The position numbers were made by a program, and so were the translations under genes. Shown one piece after another: positions 47,050 to 57,136 of a stretch of DNA of 64,000 bases. Below the pieces are notes generated by a model that saw only the letters and a list, made by a program, of their open reading frames with translations, ran no database searches and was not told where the DNA came from. Every line of letters begins with the position of its first letter. Within the stretch, counting starts at the first letter, position 1. Location of the stretch: IMG/VR virus record IMGVR_UViG_3300030098_006570, positions 1-64,000 of that record; one strand, written 5' to 3'. Origin of the DNA: a virus.

Positions 47050-49048
47050 GTGTTTCTGCCTCTTTCGTTTCTAACTGCTCCACTAATCGGCGTACCTTCC
47101 TAGTGTCTTCAATTAAAGTAGTTTCTGCACTAGTATAAATAGAAGCTTTTTGCTCTTCGAGGCCAACTAAAGATTTGAACTCTAGTTTGCCAATGCCCAA
47201 ATCTTTGACATTAGTCTTGCCCGGTGCGCGAGAGCGCGCGGTTCCAAGGCGGGGGGCTTCCGGCAAAGCTGTATTTTTAATATGACGACTGGTAGGACCT
47301 GAACGCTCCCGTCGGCGCCGGTCACCGCCGCGCCTCTGAACTGTCTTATAGGAACTCTTTTCATAGTGATGTACGTCGTCACCCTCTGTCATATCTTCAC
47401 GGCGTCCCGGTGTTGTCAAAAGAACGTCGTCTTCGCCCCCAGGCTCTCCGCCAGCTGGTTCGGCGCCTGCGTCGCCACCAAGGTCACCGCCTCCGAGGTC
47501 ACCACCCAAGTCTCCACCAAGGTCACCGCCTCCCAGATCGCCGCCCAAGTCGCCGCCCAAGTCTCCGCCGGCCAACGCCTCCTCAGCTCCCTGCTCAGTA
47601 ACAGCCTCAAGTGCCTGCTGATACTTACGATCATGAAAAGTTTCTCGCTGATTGCGGAGATACTCATCATCGGAAAGTCCCAGAATATTTTGGGCCACCC
47701 AGCGCTTGCTGAACGTACCTTCCGGAACCGCATTGGCTGTGTCAAATTTGGTGCGCAGATATTCTAGCTGCTGCAGCTCTGCAAGACGCGAAGGGTTGTT
47801 GAGAGTAAGGTCAAAACTCAATAAGTCTTCGCCCCGGAAACCTAGGGTGTATAAATGAACCACGGCGATCTTCTCTAGCTCGCTAATGAATGAGCGCTGA
47901 AGTCTCTGAATCGTGCGTGCGAACCGAATATCTTTTTGAGCCAAAGTAGTCTTGTCCTCGGTATCTCCCTCTAGGTTGGTAAGATACGACTGTGGGACCT
48001 TAATTGCTGCGAACATCTTGTCGCGCATATACTTTACATCCTCAATGTCGTCCAAAGACTTGGCGCCTGGGAGAGACGTAATATCTGAACCAACTCCTCC
48101 CCGCATTGGAATAAAGTAATCCTCTTCAAGTGATAGTGGATTGTAGCGAAGATCCACACGACCAGTTGTAGCATCCACTAACTGGTTTCTCTTCATCTCC
48201 GTTTTTACTTTTTCCATATACTGAGCGACTTCTTGCGGAGGGATATTTCCTACATCAATCTTGAAGATCCGTCGTTCGGGCGCACGAACCACACGATAAG
48301 CAATCATTGCATCTTCAAGTAAAGTAACTTGGCGCCAAATTCTGCGGGCTGGGTCAAGGACTGAGGTACCGTAGGGAGCATGACGATCATTGCCCAAAAT
48401 TCTGAAGTGTGCAATCTGCCAATTCTCGAAGGTCATACCAGCTGCGTTCCACTGATACTGAACATAGTTAGGATTCGTTGAGTCTTGCCCCTCAAGGCGC
48501 TCAACTTCATTGTTCGGAAGGCCAATTACTGATGTAACCCCCATCTGCTCGTCAACATCCAAATAGAGGAACAAGTCTCCATACTTACACATGGAGCGGG
48601 CCCAACCAAAAGCATTGAAATCCAAATTGAGAACCTCATAGAAAAGAGAATTTAGAATAGTCTTGATTTCAAGGTTCAAGCAAGAAATATTGAGCATCTT
48701 ATCATACTCATTAGATGTCGTCATTTCATCGGCATAGATATCTAACGCCGATGCGATCTCAGGCATATACTCCATCTGTTCAAAATCTACATAGCGTTCG
48801 GCGCGGTTCTGATTACGGAAGGCAGCAGAAGTAAACAGATTATAGTTCTGCGACATGTTGTTGTCGGCACGACGGAACTCTTGGCCGCTCATGGAACGGA
48901 ACCGATAACGATACTTATCTAAATCAGCGCGGCGCTCCTGGCGAGCTTGCTGGGCGCGGAAGTTAACAATAGGTCCCGATAAAAGACGAGTTAGGCGCTT
49001 GAATAGCGGCGCGGCTGGGTTGCGAGTGTTGCGAGTGTTATTGGCCAT
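47039..49048 (-). CDS. Portal protein (T4 gp20-like)
   Basis: ALDIYADE, RAPERRIFKIDVGN, EDYFIP.RGG and TLAQKDIRFART motifs. Confidence 0.93.
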   Translation of the reverse strand: MANNTRNTRNPAAPLFKRLTRLLSGPIVNFRAQQARQERRADLDKYRYRFRSMSGQEFRRADNNMSQNYNLFTSAAFRNQNRAERYVDFEQMEYMPEIASALDIYADEMTTSNEYDKMLNISCLNLEIKTILNSLFYEVLNLDFNAFGWARSMCKYGDLFLYLDVDEQMGVTSVIGLPNNEVERLEGQDSTNPNYVQYQWNAAGMTFENWQIAHFRILGNDRHAPYGTSVLDPARRIWRQVTLLEDAMIAYRVVRAPERRIFKIDVGNIPPQEVAQYMEKVKTEMKRNQLVDATTGRVDLRYNPLSLEEDYFIPMRGGVGSDITSLPGAKSLDDIEDVKYMRDKMFAAIKVPQSYLTNLEGDTEDKTTLAQKDIRFARTIQRLQRSFISELEKIAVVHLYTLGFRGEDLLSFDLTLNNPSRLAELQQLEYLRTKFDTANAVPEGTFSKRWVAQNILGLSDDEYLRNQRETFHDRKYQQALEAVTEQGAEEALAGGDLGGDLGGDLGGGDLGGDLGGDLGGGDLGGDAGAEPAGGEPGGEDDVLLTTPGRREDMTEGDDVHHYEKSSYKTVQRRGGDRRRRERSGPTSRHIKNTALPEAPRLGTARSRAPGKTNVKDLGIGKLEFKSLVGLEEQKASIYTSAETTLIEDTRKVRRLVEQLETKEAETHEA
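47471..47575 (-). repeat. Tandem GGDL(G) coding repeats in portal C-terminus
   Basis: GGDLGGDLGGDLGGGDLGGDLGGDLGGGDLGGD. Confidence 0.85.
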
Positions 49049-49051
49049 AAT

Positions 49052-50638
49052 TTATCCTTTTAGCAAAGCGAAATATTCCTGGTTATATTTTTCTGCTTCC
49101 GTTGTTCTTTGAGTTTCTTGCGTTGATTTGTGCCCGTGCATCCCCCGAATGGTGGTGGAAAGTCCAGTATTATGTGTAGAGATTGCTGACAGAAACTGCT
49201 TGTTATACTCTACTTCTTTTTGGCTCTCAACAATCACTGTATCCCTCACCCAGCATCCGATCGCAAACGACATAACTAAGTCATCATTATAACTTCGCAT
49301 CGCCTGAGGTCTTCCGCCCTTCCAAATAAATGTTTTCATTTCAGAAAGCAACCGGTTGGAATTTATTTTAATTAGTTTATTCCTCATAAACTCTTCCATC
49401 TTGGCTACAATCAAAGGCCTTGTCTTTGATGATGTCGTAAAACCCGGCACCACATTAGTCCGCCATTGGGCTGTGACAGGATCCACATATTGGTGGTCGC
49501 CTTTACTAGAGTAGTAGAGATTAGGATACCCGTTATCTTGAAGCTTTTTAAGTACAGCAAAGCCTATATTGTTATTTTCAATGACCAACATGGGGTTGCC
49601 GTATTCCGCACCAACATTCCTGAGAATATCAGCAAAGTCATCAGGGGTAGGCTTTCCGACGTATTCTGCCACTACTTCCATTGTTTCTAGCTCAAAGATA
49701 TGAAAAGCACTATTATCCTTACCATCGCCGCGGGCGACGTCAGCAACAATCAGATGGGGCTTTTCAGGATTATGCCGTTTCCAAATCCAGTAGTTACGAT
49801 CGAAGCCCGTGCGATATTCGGGCGTGGTAATGCGCTCTAGGTACCACTGAATGTCGTCGGGGTGGATGACTGTCTCGCCAGAAACGTTGAAGTTGCATTC
49901 AAGCTCCTGGGCGATCTGGCGCTTGGACATGTTTTTGGTTTCTTTTTCAAACCACTTTTTGTCTCGATCCGGATGGACGTCCCACATTAACGTCGTCATG
50001 TGGAAAGCGTTTGTTCCTGCTTCAGCCTCTACGCAGTTCTGATGGAACCAGTTACCCACACCGTTGGGTGTGGATAATGCAATGCAGCGACCACCTGTGG
50101 ACAACGTCGGATACAGAGCAGTCCAGAGGTCGTCTAACTTCTCAACGTGGGCGGCCTCATCAATCACCAACAAAGACAGGGCTTCAGAACGGCCGGCATC
50201 GCCCGAGGTGGAGGAGCCTTTAATCTGTGACCCATTCTTTAACTCGAAAGACGTGCGGTTATCAATCTCAATGTCCGAGATCCTCATCCAGTCCGGAAGA
50301 TTCTTGATGATTGCCTTGACTTTTTTAACAAGGTTGGTGGCTGTTTGCAGCTTCGTAGCCACAACTAGAATATTTTTATCGCGATGAAAAAGCATAAGCC
50401 ACGCGATATAAGCTGCCGTAATGGTAGAGATTCCCAGCTGTCGAGCTTTGAGAATTATATTGAAACGATAGTCCTCAAAATCTTTCAGCAGCTCTTGCTG
50501 ATAGTCATAGGCTTTAAAGGGAATTAGCCCTTTTTGGGGGTGAGAGATACGACAGTAATTGGTAGTAAAGTAAACCGGATCTTTGCCGGCTTTTACAATC
50601 TCCTTTAATATCTCTTGCTTAGTGAGCCCACTTCCCAT
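49052..50638 (-). CDS. Terminase large subunit (gp17-like)
   Basis: KARQLGIST, LVIDEAA, STPNG, QELEC, DVARGDG.D and DDLVM motifs. Confidence 0.95.
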   Translation of the reverse strand: MGSGLTKQEILKEIVKAGKDPVYFTTNYCRISHPQKGLIPFKAYDYQQELLKDFEDYRFNIILKARQLGISTITAAYIAWLMLFHRDKNILVVATKLQTATNLVKKVKAIIKNLPDWMRISDIEIDNRTSFELKNGSQIKGSSTSGDAGRSEALSLLVIDEAAHVEKLDDLWTALYPTLSTGGRCIALSTPNGVGNWFHQNCVEAEAGTNAFHMTTLMWDVHPDRDKKWFEKETKNMSKRQIAQELECNFNVSGETVIHPDDIQWYLERITTPEYRTGFDRNYWIWKRHNPEKPHLIVADVARGDGKDNSAFHIFELETMEVVAEYVGKPTPDDFADILRNVGAEYGNPMLVIENNNIGFAVLKKLQDNGYPNLYYSSKGDHQYVDPVTAQWRTNVVPGFTTSSKTRPLIVAKMEEFMRNKLIKINSNRLLSEMKTFIWKGGRPQAMRSYNDDLVMSFAIGCWVRDTVIVESQKEVEYNKQFLSAISTHNTGLSTTIRGMHGHKSTQETQRTTEAEKYNQEYFALLKG

Positions 50639-50649
50639 GGCATCTCTTG

Positions 50650-51195
50650 CTAGCCTTTACGCGTATCGTTCTTGGGGCGCTTCTTGGGACCCTGAGATAG
50701 CCAATCTCGGACGGCCTTGTCGAGCCGATCCTTGCTTGAGCCCTCGTTTACATCAACTACGCCGTCTAGACCACCAATACGATAATCACAGTGGGCCTGG
50801 ACATCGGTACGATAGTTAGACATACGCTGAACAAGAATATGAGAATCCCCTTCCTTCGTGAGGGTCAGGGTGTCACCAGTGATGGCTTTATACTCTTTCT
50901 TGAGAAACTTGACAATTTCTGCAATCTGTCCCTCAATCTCGTTCTCAAAGTTAGAGTCTTTAACTTCCTTGATTCTGCAGTCTGCCTGATACGTAACTCG
51001 TAGAACGGGTCCGTGAAACTTCACGCCGAACCCATCCATAACACGTCGATCATTGATAAAGTGGCCGTCGGCCCGCTTCAAACCTGCATCACGGGCCTTC
51101 CCGTCAGCAGCTAGATCGGCGGAGTGGGCGCCGTCCCATGCCCCGTTGGCGGCAGCCTGGGCGATTCCTTGAATGATTTCTAATACTGTTGCCAT
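50650..51195 (-). CDS. Hypothetical protein
   Basis: Start reassigned to MATVLE at 51195, after AAGGA. Confidence 0.7.
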   Translation of the reverse strand: MATVLEIIQGIAQAAANGAWDGAHSADLAADGKARDAGLKRADGHFINDRRVMDGFGVKFHGPVLRVTYQADCRIKEVKDSNFENEIEGQIAEIVKFLKKEYKAITGDTLTLTKEGDSHILVQRMSNYRTDVQAHCDYRIGGLDGVVDVNEGSSKDRLDKAVRDWLSQGPKKRPKNDTRKG

Positions 51196-51196
51196 G

Positions 51197-51583
51197 TTAC
51201 GCTTCCTTGTTTGGTCTCCAACCGTTGATCCATCTTTCTTCTCGTCCCTCGATGTGCCGAGTAAAACATTTGTAACATGCCTCAAACTTATTCATGTACA
51301 AATCATCCCGCGGATGAAAAGAATATTTTTCACAAACAGGACAAGTCCTATTTTGGTCTCTACTAAGTAGTTTTTTATTTATGAAAAATCCGTCTTGTTC
51401 TACTTTGTCCTCGACGTCGGTCAATTTAGCAAATTTTTGACGCGCCTTGACCGACTGCGCTATGTAGTCCTTTTCTTTGACGTCGTCCCATTGGGACTGT
51501 GGGTTAAGGGTAGCCGTGTCCCCATACTTCTGAGATATGGCTTTCTCTATTTTAGCGATGTAGTTGGGATCTTTAGTGGTCAT
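51197..51583 (-). CDS. Hypothetical protein with C4 zinc-finger-like motif
   Basis: CPVC...CYKC...IEGREERW..GWRP. Confidence 0.7.
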   Translation of the reverse strand: MTTKDPNYIAKIEKAISQKYGDTATLNPQSQWDDVKEKDYIAQSVKARQKFAKLTDVEDKVEQDGFFINKKLLSRDQNRTCPVCEKYSFHPRDDLYMNKFEACYKCFTRHIEGREERWINGWRPNKEA

Positions 51584-51585
51584 GA

Positions 51586-52071
51586 CTAATCCGTAGAGCT
51601 AACTATCCGTAAGAGCGCAACATGATTCTCGGTGGTAATACCGGCTGCACCGTGGGCCAAATTAACTACCAGTAAATCTCCAGGTACAAAGTTATATACC
51701 CCGGCGGCATAGGTCGCATCAGTGCCGAAGTCGCCAATTCCCGTCACTTCAACAGATGCATTGAAGGAAAGATTAGAACCATTTTTTCGAGCTATAACTT
51801 GAAATTCGGTGTTGGACGTGTGCGCTGTGCAATCAAACTGACAAGAAATTCCGACAATGGAGCCAGATGTCATCATGCGATAGCCCGCGTAGGTTGGGCC
51901 GTTGTCAATACTATCGACCGTAAGGCCTCGCTTACCCCCAAAGGGAAAACTCATGGAGGCTGCATAACCAAAAGGAAGCAAAGAGGGGGCCTGCCATTTG
52001 GCATTAAGAGTGGCAAAAAACTTTTTCAAAAACGCTATTAGGCGTCCCCTAGAACTTATCTCGGGTATCAT
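51586..52071 (-). CDS. Hypothetical protein
   Basis: 161 aa and beta-rich. Confidence 0.6.
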   Translation of the reverse strand: MIPEISSRGRLIAFLKKFFATLNAKWQAPSLLPFGYAASMSFPFGGKRGLTVDSIDNGPTYAGYRMMTSGSIVGISCQFDCTAHTSNTEFQVIARKNGSNLSFNASVEVTGIGDFGTDATYAAGVYNFVPGDLLVVNLAHGAAGITTENHVALLRIVSSTD

Positions 52072-52535
52072 TGGTTTACAATCTCCGTAGAGAGCGCAAA
52101 AATTCCCAACGAGGTCAGTGTTCCAATTCCAAAACCCAAAGCGACCAAAAAAGGACCACTTGAAGGCTTCTGCTTAGTAACCAGTTCTGTCAGGCGATCG
52201 TTCTCGGCTGTCTTAAGAATCATCATAGATTCATACTTATCCTTCCAAGAATGAATCTCGATATCCTTATAATCTAGCCGCAACTCATAAGTGCTTTTTT
52301 GAACCTGAAGTTCGTATTCCACTCTGAGGTCACACTCGGCATCCTCAAATCTTTTTTCTGTCAATACTTTTGCCGCGGCATCCAATGACAGTAATACCCC
52401 ATCAAAAGGTACGACATCTCCAGCCTCCACCGGTAGAACCACATAATCCGGTGTGGGCTGTTCATCGGCAATTGCTATTGTGGGTGTTAGTAATATTGAC
52501 AGAGCCACGAAGGCAGATAGTAATTTCTTAACCAT
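52068..52535 (-). CDS. Exported coiled-coil protein with C-terminal TM (possible spanin partner)
   Basis: Signal peptide ending AIA-DE, coiled coil, hydrophobic C-terminus. Confidence 0.5.
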   Translation of the reverse strand: MVKKLLSAFVALSILLTPTIAIADEQPTPDYVVLPVEAGDVVPFDGVLLSLDAAAKVLTEKRFEDAECDLRVEYELQVQKSTYELRLDYKDIEIHSWKDKYESMMILKTAENDRLTELVTKQKPSSGPFLVALGFGIGTLTSLGIFALSTEIVNQ

Positions 52536-52935
52536 TTTCTAATCCAAAAGCTTCGGCAATCTGTTTTGCCAATTTCTCTGGATCATTATAGCCTTCATCA
52601 ACAAGCTTTTTAAGTTCTGCCTCTTTTTGCCTATCGAGACGTTTGCCCTCTTTTTTATACTGCTCTTTAAGCTGTTTAGATATGGCTAGGTGCTGCTCTA
52701 GTCTAAGGTTCTTTTCCGCAACTTCGGTATTGTGAATATGCGAAAGAGTTTCCATTTCCTGATCATGCTGGTTCCTCTTAGCCTCAAGCAGATCCATTAC
52801 CCGAGCTAGTAGCACACCGTTGCGCATAAGAGCGGAGGCGAGAGCGGCTCCAATAAACAACAAAACCACAACAATTAGCCACCAAAACTTTTTGGCCCAA
52901 AGCCAAGCTTGTTTTGCAAATAATTTAAGTTTCAT
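52528..52935 (-). CDS. i-spanin-like membrane protein
   Basis: N-terminal TM followed by a coiled coil. Confidence 0.5.
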   Translation of the reverse strand: MKLKLFAKQAWLWAKKFWWLIVVVLLFIGAALASALMRNGVLLARVMDLLEAKRNQHDQEMETLSHIHNTEVAEKNLRLEQHLAISKQLKEQYKKEGKRLDRQKEAELKKLVDEGYNDPEKLAKQIAEAFGLENG

Positions 52936-53150
52936 CGATCACCGAATCCTTTGAGTTTGGCGACAGCATCAATAATTGTCTGTCCCCCAATATAGACGGT
53001 TGTAATTATTACCCAATCGGAAGACTGTAAGTCGGAAAACAATAGCAAACATGTTGCCGTGGACCAAGCCAGCAGTTTCCTTGATACAATCTTATCTAGC
53101 CCTTTATCTATTATGTGTCTCATACGCGGAGGCTTCTTTTCGTTGCTCAT
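52932..53150 (-). CDS. Holin-like small membrane protein
   Basis: SRKLL followed by two TM segments and a charged C-terminus. Confidence 0.55.
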   Translation of the reverse strand: MSNEKKPPRMRHIIDKGLDKIVSRKLLAWSTATCLLLFSDLQSSDWVIITTVYIGGQTIIDAVAKLKGFGDR

Positions 53151-53167
53151 CACATACTCCTTTGTAT

Positions 53168-53177
53168 ACTAATTAGC
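53168..53177. promoter_or_regulatory. Palindromic late-promoter motif CTAATTAG between divergent genes
   Basis: Matches CTAnTTA on both strands, 15-20 nt from both start codons. Confidence 0.55.
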
Positions 53178-53192
53178 GTAGTAACCTCATCT

Positions 53193-53915
53193 ATGTCCAA
53201 ACAACTAAAATATCAACTCAAAAAAACTATCAAAGAGGCCGAGTTTGTGCATGCCGATTTAGAATATCATGAAGAAGTCGGAGCCGAGGCTGCGGTGGCT
53301 TTCAAGGAAAGGATTCATGAACTTTTCTCTGCGCTTCCGAGAGACGTAAGAGATAGACTGGAGCATTCTCATCTCATGAGGGTGACTGCAGAGGCGGCTG
53401 CTCGCAAAGACCTTGATGAGAGTGAGGATGACGAGGCGATGTCAGGCGCCGTAGAAGGCTCCACAGATTTGATCCCTACCGATATAGAACCAGAAGAACC
53501 CACCGAAGAAGAAAAAGAGATTGACGAAATTAAAATGAAAGGCTCGGAACTCAAGAAGCTTTTTCGCCGAATTGCGGCCATCTCCCACCCTGACAAGGTG
53601 GCTGCTTCGGGAGCCTCGAAAGGGGAAGTAGAAAAAATGGAAAAAATCTTCAAACGCGCGCGGGCAGCGTTTGATCGGGAAAACTGGTTTATTTTATACA
53701 CTCTAGCTGTAGAGTTAGGTATGGACCTCGATGAAGAGAGTGAGCGCCATATTCACTGGATCCAACAAGACATCAAAAATACCTTGCGTATTATTCAAGG
53801 CTTGGCTGATCGGACCTACTGGCATTGGTTTATGGCAGAGACCGAAGAAAGCAAAAATGGCGCTCTTCGTCATTACTTCCTGCAGATTTATAATTTCGAG
53901 TACCCGGGGCTCTAA
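53193..53915 (+). CDS. J-domain (DnaJ-like) protein
   Basis: ELKKLFRRIAAISHPDKV...FKRARAAFD; the only credible plus-strand gene. Confidence 0.75.
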   Translation: MSKQLKYQLKKTIKEAEFVHADLEYHEEVGAEAAVAFKERIHELFSALPRDVRDRLEHSHLMRVTAEAAARKDLDESEDDEAMSGAVEGSTDLIPTDIEPEEPTEEEKEIDEIKMKGSELKKLFRRIAAISHPDKVAASGASKGEVEKMEKIFKRARAAFDRENWFILYTLAVELGMDLDEESERHIHWIQQDIKNTLRIIQGLADRTYWHWFMAETEESKNGALRHYFLQIYNFEYPGL

Positions 53916-53964
53916 TTCTTTTTCTTAAACACTAAGCCCGCTAGAAGTGCTTCCCAAAAATCTT

Positions 53965-56900
53965 TCATTGATTTACCCTCGCAAAGCCATCTTTCTTATC
54001 GATCGTAATTTCTAGATCCACAATGTCTTTTAGTGAATCCACGTGAGAAATAAGGATGACGGTTTTGAAATACATCTTAATTAGCTGAAGGATTCGAATA
54101 AATCCTTCCATATTCTCAGCATCTAGCGCGGTGCCGGGCTCATCAAGAATAAAGATATTACCCTTCGGTAGTGAAGACACCGAGAGCAAAGCCAAGCGAA
54201 TAGCCATAGCTGCCACTGTCTTCTCTGCTCCTGAGCCCATCTCGATAGGTCTCGGTTCGTGTTTGGGATGCTTGATCAGGATATCTAGCTTGCGACCGTC
54301 CTCCTGAAAGAAAACATCAAAGTCTACAATATTAGAGAGAACCTTTGCTACCTCTCCGTTAATAACTGGCAAGCGCTTCTTGATAATATCATAAGCAATA
54401 CCATTAGAGTGAGTACATCGCATAAACAAATCATAAGCCGCATATTCCTCTCGTATCTCGTCAAGCTCTTGCTTCTTTTCTTTTAGGTCTTCAACCTTCT
54501 GTTCCATAGAGCCAAGCTGCCTATTATGAAGGTTGATAGAATTTTCAGTCTCCGCTATCTCAGTCTGAAGGTCTGCCACCTTCTTGTCGACCCTTGTGCG
54601 GGAGTTGATAAGCTTCTCAATATTCTTGATCAAATCCTTCTTCTCTTCATACAGCTCGATCTTTTCTTTAGTGGAGCGGAGATTGTCTCTGTATCCCTTT
54701 ATCTTCGCATAGAGTTTTTCAATAGAAACTTTGTTGTCTCGCTTCTCAATCTCAATATTATTCTTTTGAATTATGGTGTTGTTATAGTTTTCAATCAAGC
54801 TGATCATTTCGGCGGAGTTTACAGAAACAACCTTCGTCTTATAATCTTTGGCTTGTTCGATCCTCTCAATAATCTCCGCCTCTAAAGAGGGTAGCTCCAC
54901 TGCAGCTAAATGAGCATCGCTGATAAATTGGCAGGTAGGGAAGCTGTTCCCGCAGGGAACTTCATCCAGCAGATGTAGCTTCTTGGTCATAGCTTTATAG
55001 TCGTTATCCATAAGGCGAGCTTTGTTGACTGTATCCTCATACTTCTGCTTAAAATCATCATAACTTTGTTTCTGCGCCAATAAGTCCTCGATATCGATCG
55101 TCGTCAAGAAGTCATCGTATTCCTGAAGCTTTTCTTCGTAGTCTTTATTCTCTTGCTTCAGTTCTACAATATTGATATCTGTATCTTCAATCTTCTTTTC
55201 AAGGGCTGCGCGCGTCTCTAGTAAATTCTTGATGTCTAAACGCTCCGCGGGGATCGAGTCGATCTGTGTTGTCAGGCTGGCTTGTTTCTCTATGGCCGTG
55301 GCCAGACTTGTTCTTAAACTCTCACAGCTGGCTACCTCGCCGAGGAGCGCTTTTTTCACTTCGTCATGCTGCACCTCCGCAATTGCGATGTCAGTATTAT
55401 AATCCGTATCGCCTACGCGTCGAATTACGGCCTTTAGATCGGCACTATCCTCGTGGGCCAGCTTAAACTTTTTCTCAAAGATATCTAAATCCAAGAACTT
55501 AGCTAGGATTTCCTTGCGACGAGTAGAGCCCTCTTTAATAAAGGATAAACTATCGAGTTGACTCGACATGGATGTCAACAAAAAATCCTCTACTGTGCCG
55601 AATCGTTTTCGAATATGGGCGTCTGTCTCGTTGCGGGTGGTGCCGTTGAGGCTAGTTTCCTCTCCCACCATGGGATCTAAGCCGCTAAATTCCAAGAATG
55701 TGCGTGCCTCATTGGTTACCTCACCCTTTAGTTTCCTTACATACTTCTCAGACTGGCGCTCGATCGTGTAGGTCTTGTCGCCTACTTGGAGTTCCAGACG
55801 CCCCATACAATCTTTTCGATTTTGATTGATGATATTGTAGTTCTTGCGCTCGTTCTTTGATGTGGTATTGAACATGGTATATAGGAGGCCGTCAATAATG
55901 CTGGACTTACCTGAATAGTTCTTACCGAAAATTCCGACGATGCCATTGAGGTTGCTAAAATCAACGCTATTACCCTCTCCATAGTTGAACAGATTATCCC
56001 ACTCAAACTTATTGAGATTCCAATTTACATTTCGGGCGACCTCTTCGGTCTCTTCAATCTTGGAATTGTACTTGCGGTTGAGTTCGAACACACGTTCCAA
56101 CATTTGCTCAGTGGGCTGGTATTCCACTAGGTACTCTCGAATGAGATCTTCCTGCACGCCTTTGTCCCGGAGGTTCTCCACTTTGAAGCCGGTACCGACC
56201 TCAACCGTTCCCCGCTCGCCAGCGGCACGATTTAGGAAGGTAATACTCTCAGGCTTGAAACGGTGCTTGGCAACCTCCACAGCCTTACGCATAACGTCAA
56301 GGGGAAGATTATTGTTGCTCACGAGACGCAAGCGTGAAGTCGGGGGAATCTTGGTGCCCTTTGGCATTCGGCCCTTGGGTGTGAGTTCGATTGTTACGAA
56401 TGGTTTAGGGTTGAGCAAAACATGATGCTTGACCGTGAATGTATTCTTGTCTTCAATTTCCCAAATAAGAAATCCCTTGTCATTTGTCTCACCGTGATTC
56501 TGCTGAACGGTGCTACCGCAATAGCGCACTCGACCTTCTGTATCAAGAATCTGGTTTGTCTTATGAATATCACCAAGCATTGCGAAGTCGTGACCGGCAA
56601 ACACTCCAATGTCGTGATCCCCATGATCCATAACCCATCCGACGTCAGTAGACACTCCGCCGATTGCGCCGTGATACAAAGCAATATTAATACGCGACTG
56701 GTCGCTTGGCGCAACCCAATTCTCCTCATCAAACACAGATAGCACGTTGAGCGCGAGATCGGGCTCTACGACGGTTTCACCGGCATTCTTGAGCAGATGG
56801 AGGTTAGGAAGATTCAAAGCGCTTACAATGGGCGACAGCGCGTCCTGACGAGTACTGTTCTTCAGGTTGCCGTCGTGGTTGCCCAAGATGATGTAGGTTG

Positions 56901-57117
56901 GCGCGATCGATGCCAGATTCATGAAGAAGTCGGAGCATAGCTCAACGAACTCTGGTGAGATCTGGGTCTTGGTGTGGGCGATGTCGCCGCAGTGAACAAT
57001 GTAGTCCACGTTCTCTTTACGAAGCGTCTCATAAAGCTGTTCGAATACTTTCTTGTATTCGTAATGATATTTTAAATTTTTTATATGCGTGTCCGCAATG
57101 TGAGCAATTCTATACAC
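53965..57117 (-). CDS. SbcD-SbcC (Mre11-Rad50; gp47-gp46) fusion nuclease/ATPase
   Basis: Phosphoesterase motifs DTH, GD, GNHD, GDIH; Walker A GKNYSGKS; coiled coil; GSGAEK; LDEP; ISH. Confidence 0.9.
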   Translation of the reverse strand: MYRIAHIADTHIKNLKYHYEYKKVFEQLYETLRKENVDYIVHCGDIAHTKTQISPEFVELCSDFFMNLASIAPTYIILGNHDGNLKNSTRQDALSPIVSALNLPNLHLLKNAGETVVEPDLALNVLSVFDEENWVAPSDQSRINIALYHGAIGGVSTDVGWVMDHGDHDIGVFAGHDFAMLGDIHKTNQILDTEGRVRYCGSTVQQNHGETNDKGFLIWEIEDKNTFTVKHHVLLNPKPFVTIELTPKGRMPKGTKIPPTSRLRLVSNNNLPLDVMRKAVEVAKHRFKPESITFLNRAAGERGTVEVGTGFKVENLRDKGVQEDLIREYLVEYQPTEQMLERVFELNRKYNSKIEETEEVARNVNWNLNKFEWDNLFNYGEGNSVDFSNLNGIVGIFGKNYSGKSSIIDGLLYTMFNTTSKNERKNYNIINQNRKDCMGRLELQVGDKTYTIERQSEKYVRKLKGEVTNEARTFLEFSGLDPMVGEETSLNGTTRNETDAHIRKRFGTVEDFLLTSMSSQLDSLSFIKEGSTRRKEILAKFLDLDIFEKKFKLAHEDSADLKAVIRRVGDTDYNTDIAIAEVQHDEVKKALLGEVASCESLRTSLATAIEKQASLTTQIDSIPAERLDIKNLLETRAALEKKIEDTDINIVELKQENKDYEEKLQEYDDFLTTIDIEDLLAQKQSYDDFKQKYEDTVNKARLMDNDYKAMTKKLHLLDEVPCGNSFPTCQFISDAHLAAVELPSLEAEIIERIEQAKDYKTKVVSVNSAEMISLIENYNNTIIQKNNIEIEKRDNKVSIEKLYAKIKGYRDNLRSTKEKIELYEEKKDLIKNIEKLINSRTRVDKKVADLQTEIAETENSINLHNRQLGSMEQKVEDLKEKKQELDEIREEYAAYDLFMRCTHSNGIAYDIIKKRLPVINGEVAKVLSNIVDFDVFFQEDGRKLDILIKHPKHEPRPIEMGSGAEKTVAAMAIRLALLSVSSLPKGNIFILDEPGTALDAENMEGFIRILQLIKMYFKTVILISHVDSLKDIVDLEITIDKKDGFARVNQ

Positions 57118-57136
57118 GTTATCCCCTAAAACAAAA

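Noticed and set aside
504-50638. Inteins or introns in RNR, helicase, RecA or terminase
   Set aside because: Lengths are normal and motifs contiguous; no splicing or homing-endonuclease motifs were seen.
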